DNA from: Octopus vulgaris
Taxonomy: Eukaryota
Assembly: GCA_951406725.2 (NCBI GenBank)
Contig: OX597826.1
Location: forward strand, 77,066,001 to 77,130,000
Direction: 5' to 3'
Length of the DNA stretch: 64,000 nucleotides
This document shows, one piece after another, positions 41,226-54,779 of the stretch. The notes beneath the pieces were generated by a model, which was not told the origin of the DNA, ran no database searches, and saw only the letters and a program-made list of their open reading frames with translations. Position 1 is the first letter of the stretch. Each line of letters starts with the position of its first letter. The position numbers and the translations under genes were made by a program.

Positions 41226-41779
41226 ACACACACAACCTGATTACACAATTTCACTACATCTCTCTAAATCTAGTTACAAATTTTATATGCTTCGGGACAT
41301 TTCTTTCAATCCTACTCTGCCAGAGCTTGGTGTTACATGTGCTGCAAAGAGGATGGCTATAAATTCTATCACAGAATCTGGAGAAGTGGCCACCGGATGG
41401 CTCTAAATGCAGAACACAGATGAGTTGTTTGCGGCTGTTGAGATGCAAACTGAGGCCATTGATATTAAAATTCAAAATCTATTAACCAATCCAAACGATA
41501 TACACACGAAGAGTGGCACAGGCCATATCCACCTCAAATGAAATCAAGAGACAGAGGCTTAGCAACGATTGACAAACAGTCTTTTCGACCATATCAACTA
41601 ACTCTGAAGCACCGAATTCATGGATCTAGTATGTATTTACATGAGTCAAATATTATACGATATAGAAAAGCGATCCTGCGAAGGTGTTGACTAGCGACAG
41701 GGATAGACACACACACAGAAGTTAGACAACTCAACCAAAACAGCTCGAATGACAAGGCTCTCTGCCAATCAGCACAAGT

Positions 41780-42560
41780 TAATGTACGACCATGTTCTCA
41801 ATGAGCTTCAAAGGGGAAGTAATATTTATAATGAACGTAGATTATTTTTTATATTAGCCTCGACTTTGAAGAGTGTGATTTTGTAATCCAGGCACAGAAA
41901 ATAAGAAGAAAATTCCTGATTCAGAAAGTGGGTTTGAATGTCATAAAATAGCTCGATGCAACAACCGATGCAGCCTTTACAATTAATACTTATATCATAA
42001 ACGAAAAACCAAAATGATATCACTATGCTATGAGGCACGGTGTTGTACCAAAACATTATTCAATGCTTTCCACGGAACGTAAAGGAAACTACACTGATGT
42101 GGTTGAGGTATTCATAAATACAAGTAGAATGTGACAGTCAAACGCTCAGTAAAATGTAGGCATAAAGGACTTGATATAACGTACTGGAACAGAGAAAATA
42201 ATTTCGTGTAAGGAAACCAGTTGTGACCATAATCTGTCAAAATTATAAGAATGCTCCAGATATTCCATTCAGAGTATAACCAGATGACCGTGATTATGAG
42301 GTCTACGGATATGTAACTAATTGGCTCAGCACTAATCTTGATAAGCAAAGCTTGACAACACCAAAAAGCAAAAGAAAAGTTAATTAAGAATTTAGAAATG
42401 CAAGTGTTTAGTGAAATTGTGAAGAATGTGTAAAATATTACCGAAGTTACGCAAATACTAGATGAATATAGACGTGTTGGTTTACAAATAGGTAATTGTG
42501 CCGACATGTTGCAATATATAAATCTGCATGTAATACGATTCATGCTTGTACAAATACATA
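41780..42560 (+). pseudogene. Highly decayed RLE-type retrotransposon 3' region related to the 18045/60595 family
   Basis: 42307-42448 (ggatatgtaactaattggctcagcactaatcttgataag..) aligns with 18120-18257. Upstream remnants resemble IQ.Q.I, CNNRC.L, MRH.VV and KCRHK..DI..W. Confidence 0.6.
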
Positions 42561-42699
42561 AGCATAGTTGTCACGCGTAAGCGTGTAAGACAAGGTGGCG
42601 AGTAACGCGCTTACGATAATTGTTTCAGATGCTTATGTAATTAGGAGAAGATACAGACACAACTTCGACCATAACACACTGGACCGAATAAGACATTCG

Positions 42700-43740
42700 A
42701 GATGTGACAGCTGGAGAGAGAGAGGCAAACTAGCACTCGGATGGTTGATGAGAGACAGAAAAACTAGCATTCAGATGGTTGGAGAGACACAGTGGTACAC
42801 TACCACTCGACTACTTGGGGAGAGACAGAGGCACACTGTCACTCTGATGGTTGGAGAGGGATGGAGACACACTAGCGCTCGGATGGTTGGAGAGAGCCGG
42901 AGACACACTTGCACTTGGATGGTTGGAGAGAGACAGAGGAACTTGCAATCGTATGGATAGAGAGAGACAGAGAGACACGAGCAGTCGGGTAGTTGAAGAG
43001 AGACTGATGCACTTTAGCAGTCGGGTCGATCATGCGGGTGGTTGGAGAGAGACACACACGCTAGCACTCAGTTTCTTGAAAAGAGACTGAAGTACACTAA
43101 CATTCGTAAGGTTGGGGATAGACAGATTTAAACTAGCACACGAGTGGGTGGAGAGGGACAGAGGCATACTAGCATTCGGATAGTTGGAGAGAGACAGATA
43201 GGGACAAGCACTCGAACGATTGGAGAGAAACAGAGGTCACTAGCAATCGAACTGTTGGAGAGAGAGAGAGAGAGAGAGAGAGTCACGCTAGCATTCGAAT
43301 GGTTGGAGAAAGAAATAGGCACACTAGCATTCGGATGGTTAGAGAGAGACAAAGACACAGTAGCACGCGAATGACTGAAGAGAGAGACAGAGGCACAGTA
43401 GTCCGGGGAGGCACGCTAGCACTCGAATTATTGGAGAGACACGGAGTCACTCTAATATTCGGATGGTTGGAGAGAGACTGAGTTACAAGAGCACTCGAAT
43501 GGTAGGTGAGAGACAGTGCAACACTAGCATTCGGATGGTTGAAGACAGAAGCACACTAGAAATTGGTTGGCTGAAGTGAGACAGAGGCACACTAGCACTC
43601 GGATGGTTGAAGAGAGACAGAGGCAGACTAGCTCGCAGATGACTGAGGAGAGACAAAGGCACGCTAGCATTCGGATGGTTGGAGAGAGACAGAGACGTGC
43701 TAGCACTCGATTGACAAGAGAGAGAGACTAACACTCGGGT
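42700..43740. repeat. Minisatellite with ~36-bp unit gagagacagaggcacactagcactcggatggttgga
   Basis: Roughly 25-30 diverged tandem units with no spacers. Confidence 0.92.
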
Positions 43741-43879
43741 AGTACTGAATATCAACTGAATATACTAGAGCCTAGTGAAATGAAATGCCTTACAGCACTG
43801 ATCGCTCCAGAACCTGAAACCACGACCTTATGTTTATGAAGTCAATGACCTAATCATTGGGCTACACCATTTCATTAAT

Positions 43880-43942
<63 letters not shown>

Positions 43943-44496
43943 CATACATACATACATACATACATACATACATACATACATACATACATACATACATACA
44001 TACATACATACATACATACATGCTGGTGTACATGACTACCTGATTGATGTTGACAAATTTCCAAAAAAATATCCTGGTTTCTGGTTTAGAAACCGCTTCC
44101 TTTTCTGTTCATAACAAATTTCATGGAAATAAACCTGCAGTAACACACATACTAACAGAAGCATAAGTACACACATACACACACACACACACATACACAC
44201 ACACACACCGCCAACTAAACACAAGTGCAGGCGCCAAGGCGTTTTGTTGTATGTAAGCAATAATGAAAATAAAATAAAAACAAACTATTATATATAAAAA
44301 AAATATATACAGCAACAACAATTAGAATAACAATCGCTTAAATATAATCGTTATCTTCAGCAGCAGCAACAGTATCAACGATAGGAACAGCAGCAGCGAC
44401 GGCACTGACAGCAGCAGAAGCAGCAGCAGCATCAAGGTCAACAGAGCGTGAATTGTTGATCAACAAAGAGTAAAACCAAAAGTTATCCTATTTACC

Positions 44497-44510
44497 GTTG
44501 TCATGGCAAC
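44497..44510. promoter_or_regulatory. Candidate RFX X-box
   Basis: GTTGTCATGGCAAC, one mismatch from the palindrome GTTGCCATGGCAAC, in unique sequence. Confidence 0.35.
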
Positions 44511-44762
44511 AAGACCACACATCCATCCCAGGTAGCTTTAGGTGTGTTTGCTTATGCATGCATGCATGTCTATGTGTATATGTGTATGTATGAATGTGTA
44601 TGAATATAAATATATATATGTACATGTGTGCACGTATGTATTCGTTGTAAGCATGTATGTATGTGTATGTATGAATGTATATAAACGTATATATGTATCC
44701 ATATATGTATGCATATAAGTATGTATTATGTATTTATGCATGTTTGTTTGTATGTGTGTGTG

Positions 44763-44797
<35 letters not shown>

Positions 44798-45299
44798 CTA
44801 TATGCTGTCATAGCTGAGTAATTGCGTTCACTTCACAATTATGTGACCCTGTGATCGATCCTCAACATTGCATTTTGGCGAATATAACAAAATCGCTTGT
44901 CCTTCTAAGTAGTATAAGTGCAATATGGAAACTGTGCGGAAACCTGCTGAATAGATTGTATCTGTAATTTAAAAGTCTGCCCTTGTCGCACAGTGTCATG
45001 CCAATTCCGTATAATTGTCATTTGGCTAGAATAGAAGATCCCGTTCGCTTAGTTTCCACATTGTTAGATCTGCAAGAAACTAATTTCCAATTCAGAAATA
45101 TAATTTTCCAATTTCTTTTCTTTTCTCTGACAGAACTACGTTTCTAAATAAAACCGTTTTGCCTAGAGATTTGTGATTAAGGAGAGAGGTGAAACACCTT
45201 TGATTCTCGAACACCGGACGTGGGGACGCGGTGACTCGGTATGCCCTCAAAGAAACCCAAGTTACAGAACTATGTGCATTCCATCGGTCATGTAAATGT

Positions 45300-45500
45300 G
45301 TATATAAGTAAGGTGCAGCAAGTCAGACTGAAGTGGTTCGTCATATTTTTCGCCAAAGATGGTGATGTGCAACTGAAAGGATGTCATAAGCTGAGGACCA
45401 GGTAAGGGACATTGGTGGAGACGTTGACCTTTGACCCAGTGTCACCTTTATAACTCAATCCGAGCAGACGATAAGCTCCATGAGCTAACATGCAAAGAGA
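45300..45500 (+). mobile_element. Degenerate RTE-like LINE 3' fragment
   Basis: VQQVRLKWF/(G)HI..D followed by a relic of the (G)RP..TW motif. Confidence 0.4.
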
Positions 45501-45887
45501 AAAGGCAATAAAACTGACGATCCATGGACGAAAGCTCAGTTGCGGAAATAAGAGTCAGTTGAGGACTTTCTTCGTAGAGAAGCTGGAAGTAGAGAGAAGG
45601 TGGACAGCAGCAGAGGAAGCAGTAACAACAGCAACAACAACAGCAACAATAACAGCGGGAAGCAGCAGATGGTGTTTGCAAGACTCTACAGACTGCAGCT
45701 CGGAGAACGGCGTATGCTTTTGCCTCGTTCCCAGTGTTAGAAGCTGATTCCTGCTGTTAGTGTTGCCGTCTTTGTCGCAACCATCAGCACCAACCTCGTT
45801 TGAAAGAGATTAAGAAGGAAGAGACCATCTTCCCATCGAACTAGTTTATAAAGTTCACTCTTCCTCAACAGACAACGAGAGACCGAT

Positions 45888-45933
<46 letters not shown>

Positions 45934-46260
45934 GGACGACGAAAAAGATGAAATGCGGATTGAGATATCCCTTTTTTGTAGACTGCTAATAACAACCATT
46001 CTCAAAATATTTCAACTCCCAGGAAGCGGTAGACCCATTTCCTCACCTTCCAGCTTCTTAAGTTTCTCACGAATACATTCGAGACTGAAAATTTTCATTA
46101 AAGCGAAAGTTTATCAGGAGTATAATGTGTTTTATGTCATATTTATATTATTGATGTTTATATTGATATATATTTCATTCTATTTATTTTCGTAATTCTT
46201 AAAAAGTATTTAATACATCACATTAGAATGTCTCAAACCCTCCACCCATGTTTCATATAT

Positions 46261-46302
<42 letters not shown>

Positions 46303-47966
46303 ACAACGTAATACAAAGACGTGTATATTGTTCCACCTATCTCTGTAATACCTTTGCAATGTATTTTGTAATATGTAGGAATAAATTCTGATGAGAAAAT
46401 AGGTCATTAGAAGGATTATTATGGTTGTTGGTGAATGAAACTAAGGGCAAATAACTGCTCCAAATAACTGCAACTCTCTCTCTTTCTCTGCGTGTGTGTG
46501 TGTGTGTGTGTAGACACTTCTTTTTAAGTAGTTGTTATGCCTAGCGCCCACCTAAATTATCAGTAACATATCATGACGAAACAAACCTAACATGGAATGT
46601 TATTCATAAACTTTACTAAATAAAACGGATTGGATTAGCGTTTATCAGTGAAATGATAAAAAAAAAGAAACTCAATAAAGACAAAAGTTGTAAATTTACT
46701 TAATGCATAGCAAGTTAATGTTTTCATTGATCCTGATGAGATTTAAGTAAAGTTCTATATTATTTTCATTGCTTGTCAAAACAAGTCGGAAGTTTCCACT
46801 TTGATTTGTTGCAAATTTATTTCGTTGCTTAATCAGCAATTGCGAGACCGTACTGAATCCTTTCCCTATTAAATATGAAGGAAAAGCAATGAACAGTAAT
46901 TGAATTATTTGCCGAAGTTCAGAATACTTGCTTTGTATTTTGGGTAATATTCAGCGCGTTAATTACGTTAGCTCACTGCTCCCTAAAGCCAAATGACCCC
47001 TTCGTCATGGCCAGTGCTCTCCTGGCTGCGGTACCGCTCATGTTTCAAAGTTCTGCTTTACAAAGATGTGGGTTCGTTATGTTCCATCTTTCTGGGGAAC
47101 CAGTTAACTAAACAAAGGTGAAGTATTAAGGCTGACTTCATAAACTCAGTCCTTTAATCAAAGGTTGCATCTTAATTGCCCCAACATACCGAGCAGATGA
47201 GCCGTAGTCGGGAAAAATACGGAAAGCTTCCTTTTACAGATTGGATACTTATAAAACATGCAGTGATGTATCAAGAAAATTTCATGTGACGTCAGACTAA
47301 CATTTTGATTTCGCTTGGATTAGTTTTCAGTTATAAAACCCCCAAAGACACTTTATTGGATTTCTTTCTAGAATAAATATCGTTGCGGAACTAGAAAACC
47401 TAAAGCGGTTATCTAGTTCTATGATTTTCATCCACTGACACCCGTTTTAATGGTCCTGGAACAATGGAATTCTGTGGATAATTACAGGCTATTTATTCTC
47501 TTCTATTGTTGCCATGATTACATCGGTATTTTAAAGACTCGAAGACTTTATGATGCAGGAAAGAATTAAATTCTTGGGGGTTTTAGATTTGACAATTTAA
47601 TCGATTTGACGGATTTCGATGTGTTAACTTGATATTTGCAGATAGCTGAGTCTTAAAGAGTTAAGGAATACCCTATTGGATTAGATACATGTAACAGCCT
47701 ATGATGCTTTGACTACACTTGTTGAACACAATGGTTTTCAAATATCTTACTCAATTATAAATTAACTGGTAACGTTTTAATGTAAATGATATACAAGGAA
47801 TTAAATACACTAAATATATTTACAGTAACGTCACTACCGTATCTTGCGGATAATGAATTTGATTGCTTTTCATTTCGAACCGATTCTAGTCTTCATTTGT
47901 GTATTTCTAATGTCGCTCGACAAGATACATATAACAACTTATTTTACCCACAAATCATATTTTAGA

Positions 47967-48127
47967 AAATTCCTATTTTTAAATCTCACAACGAGAGATA
48001 TTCAGCAACAGTACTTTGGAGTAAAGATTGTTTGCCAACATAACATGGCAGTCCTGGCTAAATTACAGCAACATCCGTCCTAAACCAGGACTGCCATGTT
48101 ATGTTGGCAAACAATCTTTACTCCAAA
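47967..48127. mobile_element. Retrozyme-like element, copy 3: perfect 43-bp fold-back of the tail
   Basis: Arms 48015-48057 and 48085-48127 are exact reverse complements. 47975-48057 aligns with 40723-40806. Confidence 0.85.
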
Positions 48128-48780
48128 TCACATTTTGTCTTAAAAATCGATGTATTGGTCGCAGTTGGAATGACTTAAATCAAAGTCGGTCCAGTCAAGA
48201 TTAAACCTGAACTAAACAACAACGACAAGAATCGTGTTCCATAGTGATTTTTCCAGTCCTAATTCGGCAAATATGGTTCTGGTTATGCTTCACTGATAAG
48301 GTCAGAAAATTATGTCGCGAGTTATTTTCCGTATTTTACAAAAAAATTAATATTATCTTAGCCATTGACTAACTTCGATATTTTAAAATTATTTTCCTCT
48401 TATTTATTCTTAGTCAGCATTTTCATGTTCCATGCATTAAAATCTACCGATTCTAACCATTCTTCTTTTTTATATGGACGATGTGTGTGTGAATGGTAAA
48501 TTTTCTAAACAACAGTAATTTTCTTCACAAAGTAAATATATAATATTTTCCCCATTCATTTGGCGATGTCTTCGTTACTACTTAACTAGGTGCAGTGAAG
48601 GTTATTCACAGCTAATGAAATCAGAATGAAATTGAAATATGTCCCGATTTATCTCCCCCTCTTGCTGCAAAATGAAAGTAAATGTTGGTCGTTGCCAATC
48701 TTCTTTTCTTATTAAGCCTCATTTATTTGTTTCTTGTTCTTTTCACACTCAGTGTGGCAAATCTATTAGCACCAACTTAG

Positions 48781-48861
48781 CAATTCTAGACATATTAAAA
48801 CTACTTTTAGTATTAATTACAAACAATTCTAGACATATTAAAACTACTTTTAGTATTAATT
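48781..48861. repeat. 38-bp direct duplication, period 43
   Basis: caattctagacatattaaaactacttttagtattaatt at 48781 and 48824. Confidence 0.95.
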
Positions 48862-49085
48862 TCACTAAATTATCGTAGACGATGCTTATAAGCAGAGAAA
48901 TGGAGTGCTACAGACTGTTATATGCGCAGCAATTGCTTGGATGCTGTTGACGAGGAATTATGATTTTGTTGCTATCCCTGTCCATGTTTTTATTATTGGT
49001 ATCGTTGTTGTTTAGCAGAAGATCAACTGTGATTAAGCAAGCAGACGATCAAAGCCCTCCAGCTATGAACAGTTATTCAGACATA

Positions 49086-50510
49086 CACTGACCCGCTAAA
49101 GAAACACGATTTTTCCAAATGTCATATTTATATGGTTTATGGCTGAGATCCAAATTGCAGGTAGCCTTTCAACTTTCGCTGAAACGAGATGCCAAAACGC
49201 AGCTGCTTTGAATGCCGTGGGTGGTAGTCGTGGGTGGTTTTCAGTGTTATGAAAACCGAAATGGACGTGCATCTCGTAGAGGTTATGGGTATAAAAACCA
49301 TCCTGAACCGCATTCCTAACATTTTTAATTTGACCTCATCAGGTATGACCCGATTGTCAGCAGCGCAGAGAACAAGCTATCGGCCGATTGCAAGCAGGGC
49401 ATTGTACCCTAGTTGTTGCGAAAGCTTACAATGTCCATGTCAGCACCATCTATCGCCTGCAACAGCGATACAACAACCCCAACAGCACTGCAGACCGTGC
49501 CTACAGAGGGCACCCCCCGATGACCACGCCCAGGCAGGACCGCTTCACTCACCTGCAATACCTATGTGATCGCTTCACACCGACCAGCGTGACCATTGGC
49601 ACTGGACAACGACCCATCAGCGACGACACAGTACGACGTCGACTGGCCGCCAACAACCTGTGTTGCCATTGTCCTGCTGGAGTGTCTGTCCTCTCCGCCC
49701 GCCACCGTCAGGCACGACTACAGTGGGATTCACAGCACCGACATTAACAATGGAGTTCGATAGTCTTCTCTGATGAGAGCCGGTACTGCGTTTCCACTTC
49801 GGATGGCAGAGTGAGAGTGTGGCGTAGGAGAAGGTGAATTCTATAGAGATGCATGTGTCATGGAGAGAAGCGCATGAGGTGGCCAAAGTATCATGGTTTG
49901 GGGTGCTATAGGCCTGAATCACAGAACTGGGCCCCATGTGTTCCAAAATCTTGGTGCAGGCAGAGGAAATGGCATGACAGCGCAGCGCTACGTTGACCAG
50001 ACCCTAAGACCTCACATCGTACCCTTCGCGCGTCACTATAGCCCCGTATTCCAGCAGGATAATGCTTCCTTCAATACAGCCAGGGTCACCATGGACCTCC
50101 TATGTCAGCACAACATCAGAACCATGCCGTGGTCGGCTCTCAGCCCGGATTTGAACCCAATTGAACACCTATGGGATGAAATCCAGAGAACCAGGTGGTC
50201 CCAAGGCTGACAATTTGTGTGAAACAGGAGGCAGCTTTCCTCAGGGTGTGTCACAGGTGCCAATGGTTTTTGTAAACCGCCTCATGCACTCCATGTACTG
50301 ACAGTGTATGGCCGTTTTGAACACCCAAGGAGGGCATACATGTGCTGGATCCGCCCACTACCAGAAGACATAGCAACGACCCATAGGCTGTGGTCAAAGT
50401 GCATCCAAGAAATTGACTTTATCAGATTTGTCAAAATTTATCGCTGACCCAATGAAATTAAAACATAATTCACATTCAACCACGCCTCGCGTTTCTTTTG
50501 CAGTTCAGTG
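49086..50510 (+). mobile_element. Decayed Tc1 (DD34E) transposon with TIRs and TA TSD
   Basis: TA|cactgacccgctaaagaaacacga ... tcgcgtttcttttgcagttcagtg|TA. Motifs FSDES, MVWGAI, FQQDNA..SPDLNPIEHLW with 34 residues between D and E. Multiple frameshifts over 49344-50330. Confidence 0.93.
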
Positions 50511-50633
50511 TAGTGCGACTGTAACACCGTCATCCAATGCTTCATTTTCTTTCAAGACATTATAGTATATGTTTCAGGAAGATTTAGCAACTGTTTCTTG
50601 CATATCCAGTGGTTACTTAATTGGTATTTATTC

Positions 50634-51091
50634 AGCAGGTGATAAACTAGCATCTAACATATTAGGTTGTTGATAACTAAACATCTAATAGAGATACAAT
50701 AACTAGTGTAGAGACAAGCTTTATAGCCACGGCGTGCACTGAACATATCGGTGTAATATACTGATAAACCAGCGATGTAGAGACTCCAGGTGATAAACTG
50801 GCTATCATAGTATGTGATAAACAAAACAGTAATGTAGATACGTCATGTGATAAATAAACTAGCAATACAACTAAGGCAGGTGGTAATTAGTCACTAATAT
50901 ATCTATAGAGTGTGTGATACATAAACCTTAGTAATACGGGCACGGCATGTGATAAACAAACGGCAATAGTATTATTTATACTGTGCAGGATAAATCCAAT
51001 AATAGTATTTGTATTGTAGATAATAAATAAAGTGTAATTTGTTTTCAACTACTGACAAATACAATAACAGCATCTAAACAACAGATGATAA

Positions 51092-51128
<37 letters not shown>

Positions 51129-51690
51129 TTTATGCAATTGTGATATGATATACAGACAGTATTTTGGAGACAATAGGTAATAAATACAATGATCACATGG
51201 ACACTACATGTCATAAATTCTAAGTAAATTGGATTCAGCCTGTGATAAATAGTTTAGCGAGATAGATGGATAGAACAGGTGTTGGATATAATGATAATAT
51301 GGATATAGCAGGTGGGAGACATTAAATTGGACATAGTAGTTGGTGAAACCGGCCATAGACTAGTAATATCGATAGAGCAGGTGATAAGTACAACCAACGC
51401 AATACTAATATTTATTAAGCAGGTGATAGAAATATAACGACAGCGTGAAAAACACAGATTAACAGATAACATGGATGTCGCAGGTGTGGTATTCGTGCAA
51501 TATGAAACGAGAAATATAGAGAGGGGTAAATATGAGTAATAGAGACGTGGCAGGTGAGAAATAGAGTAATTATTGAGATATACTAATATGTAATAAATAG
51601 GCTGCTTTTATGGTTATAATAGGAAGAACTGGCAGATGATAAAGAGATTTTGGATGCTGAGACATATGATGAATATGAATATAACGCTGT
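50634..51690. repeat. Ancient degenerate tandem repeat with core caggtgataaa(c/t)
   Basis: (ca)ggtgataa / tgtgataaa recurs roughly every 30-40 bp over about 1 kb. Confidence 0.7.
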
Positions 51691-52029
51691 AAATATGTGA
51701 ACGGGAAGGAAGCGTGAGAGGACCTTTCCACTGTGTTTAAAACTAAAGGGGCCGGAAGTCTACAGGCCCACCATTAACAAATAATTTGTTTCTTTATTAC
51801 CCACAAGGGGCTAAAAATAGAGGGGACAAACAAGGACAGACAAATGGCTTAAGTCGATTACATCGACCCCAGTGCGTAACTGGTACTTAATTTATCGACC
51901 ACGAAATGATGAAAGGCAAAGTCGACCTCGGCGGAAGGGAAAATTATGTTGCGTGGCTGTGTGGTGAGAAGTTTGGTTGCCAACCACGAGGGGTTCAACT
52001 CCACTGCTTAGCACCTTCGGCAGGTATCT

Positions 52030-52133
52030 TCTACTGAAGTTACGGCGATGTAAACACACCAACACAGGCTGTCAAGTGATGATAGTGTTGGGTAAGCATA
52101 TATGTGTATGTGTATGTATGTGTGTGTGTGTGT

Positions 52134-52174
<41 letters not shown>

Positions 52175-52357
52175 TGTGTATTCACACACACACACAACGG
52201 GCGTCTTTCAGTTCCTGTCTACCAAATCCAATCTCAAGTCTTCAGTCGGCCCGAGCCTAAAGTAAATGACACTTACCCAAGATGCAACGAAGTAGGACTG
52301 AACCTGGAACCATGTGGTTAGGAAACAAGCTTCTTACCATACAGCCACACCTGCGCT
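52030..52357 (-). mobile_element. SINE family B, 3'-truncated
   Basis: Ends cttaccatacagccacacctgcgc, the reverse complement of the family B head. Confidence 0.8.
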
Positions 52358-52478
52358 TATGAGCTGAAGTATGAATGTGTGTTGAAATATTGAGATTCAT
52401 ATGCTAAATAGTACCTATAAACAGCCAAGTAGACTGTGTTATTTAGACTGAGGCGGTGTGTTTGATGGAGGAGTTGAT

Positions 52479-52641
52479 GGAGTGGCTGTGTGGTAAGTAG
52501 CTTGTTTATGAGCTACATGGTTTCGGGTTCAGTCCCACTGCGTGGCACTTTGGACAAGTGTCTTCTACCATAGCCTCGGGCCAACCAAAACCTTGTGAGT
52601 GGATTTGGTAGACGGAAACTGAAAGTAACCCGTCGTATGTG

Positions 52642-52705
<64 letters not shown>

Positions 52706-52940
52706 CGTGTGCGAGTGTGTGTGTGTTTGTGTGTTTGTGTTTGTCTCCCCCCCCCCAACATCCTTGACAACCGATGCCGGTGCGTTTACGTCCCCGTAAC
52801 TTAGCGGTTCGGCAAAAGAGACCGATAGAAAAAGTACTAGGCTTACAAAAGAATAAGTCCCGGGGTCGAGTTGCTCGACTAAAGGCGGTGCTCCAGCATG
52901 GCCGCAGTCAAATGACTGAAACAAGTAAAAGAGTAAAAGA
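52479..52940 (+). mobile_element. tRNA-derived SINE family B, full length (CORE-like ggcac.ttgg.caagtgtc block, internal (TA)n(TG)n)
   Basis: A-box gtggctgtgtggt, B-box ggttcagtccc, tail (agtaaaag)n. About 9 copies or fragments in the window. Confidence 0.9.
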
Positions 52941-54094
52941 GTATTACAGCACGAATACACGTTATTGAGTTAGACGGAGTGGATCTTTTGATAGAACGGC
53001 GAGAGTGTGTCGTTATCTTAAAGTGTTGAATCGTCCGTAATATGCTCTGCCTTATATAGAGCAAGATTAACAAGGGTTTTGAACAGGAGTGCAGTGTATG
53101 CCTGTCTAAGTGTTTATATCCAGAAACAGCTGTGTATTGATGAGTAATGAAGACAGTAATGGAGATCGACATAAAAATAACACTGAGTCCAGCAGCCATT
53201 TTTCTGTGCCACCCACACCGCATTTCTTCCAGCTATATTATCTATCACTCTGTCAGCTGTTCTCACCATCATGTCTGACCTCCCTTTCTCCTTCAGCCAT
53301 CTGTTTCAGCCATCTTCATTTCAGCCAACCCAGCGACAACAATTCTATTCAACTTCTCTTTCGGCCAAGGTCAACTGTTGCAGCCCCCATCATTTCTGAC
53401 CCCTGTCAATCATCGACAATAAATAAACAAAACAGACGACACGCGAGACAGCGACGAAGCTTTTTCAATATGGCCAATAGACGTGCTAGAAATAACAGCC
53501 AAATCTACACCGTAATTACACGTTTTGAATTATGAAGAACACATTGGCTAATGTTAATTTTGGATAGATTTATTATCTCTGAAACAAACGGGCTGAGCTG
53601 ACTTTAGGAATAACAACAACAACAATAACAAACATGCCAAGCAGGTATCCGCGATGTTATCACACAATCTATTAAAAAACAGCAAATGAAACGTTTCAAA
53701 CAACAAACTTTCACGGTTTTAAAGAAGGTAAGATAGAAGGGATAATGTAGTATTAGATACACCTAAAATGGATGGCCATGGCTGGATTGCCTTTAATCAC
53801 AGATTCGTTAAATAAAATGTAATTTGGAACCAACACAACACAACATATAAGGTTTTATTTTAGTTACACAAGAGCAAGTTTCTTTGATTTTATGTACAAC
53901 AGCAACTTTTAAAACTCCTAACACTTAGTTTCGCGTTTTTGGCCAAACCACGTTCGCCGCTTCACATATCACCAGGCGGAGCATCTACGGTGTTACTTGA
54001 ATTGTTAGAAATATCAGACGAGTTCCTATCGAATCAAAACGTACGTACAAGTTATGCGAAAGATGGATGCATTAGACAAAGTAGTCCTTGATAT

Positions 54095-54230
54095 TCTCCT
54101 ACTCTAATGTAATCTCCAGCGATACAGGCATCCAGCGACAGGACCTCCGTAATGCTATGATGGACCGTGAGGTCTGGTGTAACATAGTAAATTCCATTAT
54201 CTCGACCACGGTCGAACAATGATGATGAGA
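54095..54230 (+). mobile_element. RTE-type LINE 3' end with (TGA)n tail
   Basis: SYSNVISSDTGIQRQDLRNAMMDREVWCNIVNSIISTTVEQ* followed by tgatga. Confidence 0.65.
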
Positions 54231-54779
54231 TATTCTCCTCTTCTTCTTTATATATATATATATATATATATATAATCGCCAAGGAGTATACATGGGGTCG
54301 CCTATACACACACACACACATGCATTAATGGGTTCAGTTCCCACGGTAACCATATGTTTGCTCGATCAAGTAAACTACCTGAAGATAATATTAAATTAAA
54401 GGTCGCTGCGGACCCCACAAACACATATGAACTCCCTTAATATAATTAAGGGAGTTCATATATAACTATTCATAGTTCATATGTGACTATTCTTGTTACA
54501 TAATATGTAACAAGAATAGATCTTTGCCCGTCGTCCTTTCGGGGTCGATAAAATAAAATAGCATTTCAATGCTAGGGTCGATTTTATAAGCTAAGCCCTT
54601 CCTCTAAAAATGCTGACCTTCTGCTAAAATGTGAAGCAAGTCTGCGAGCTGGTATAATCGACTTTGCATTTCATTCTTTCGTGGTCGATAAAACAAGTAT
54701 CATCCGAACGCTGGGATCGATTTAATCGACTAACTCCGTCTTCCCTATTTTGTGTCAAAGATATTATAATTATAATTAT

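Noticed and set aside
42700-43740. 36-bp periodicity suggestive of a CRISPR array
   Set aside because: Units are contiguous and diverged with no unique spacers, no cas genes, and a eukaryotic context.
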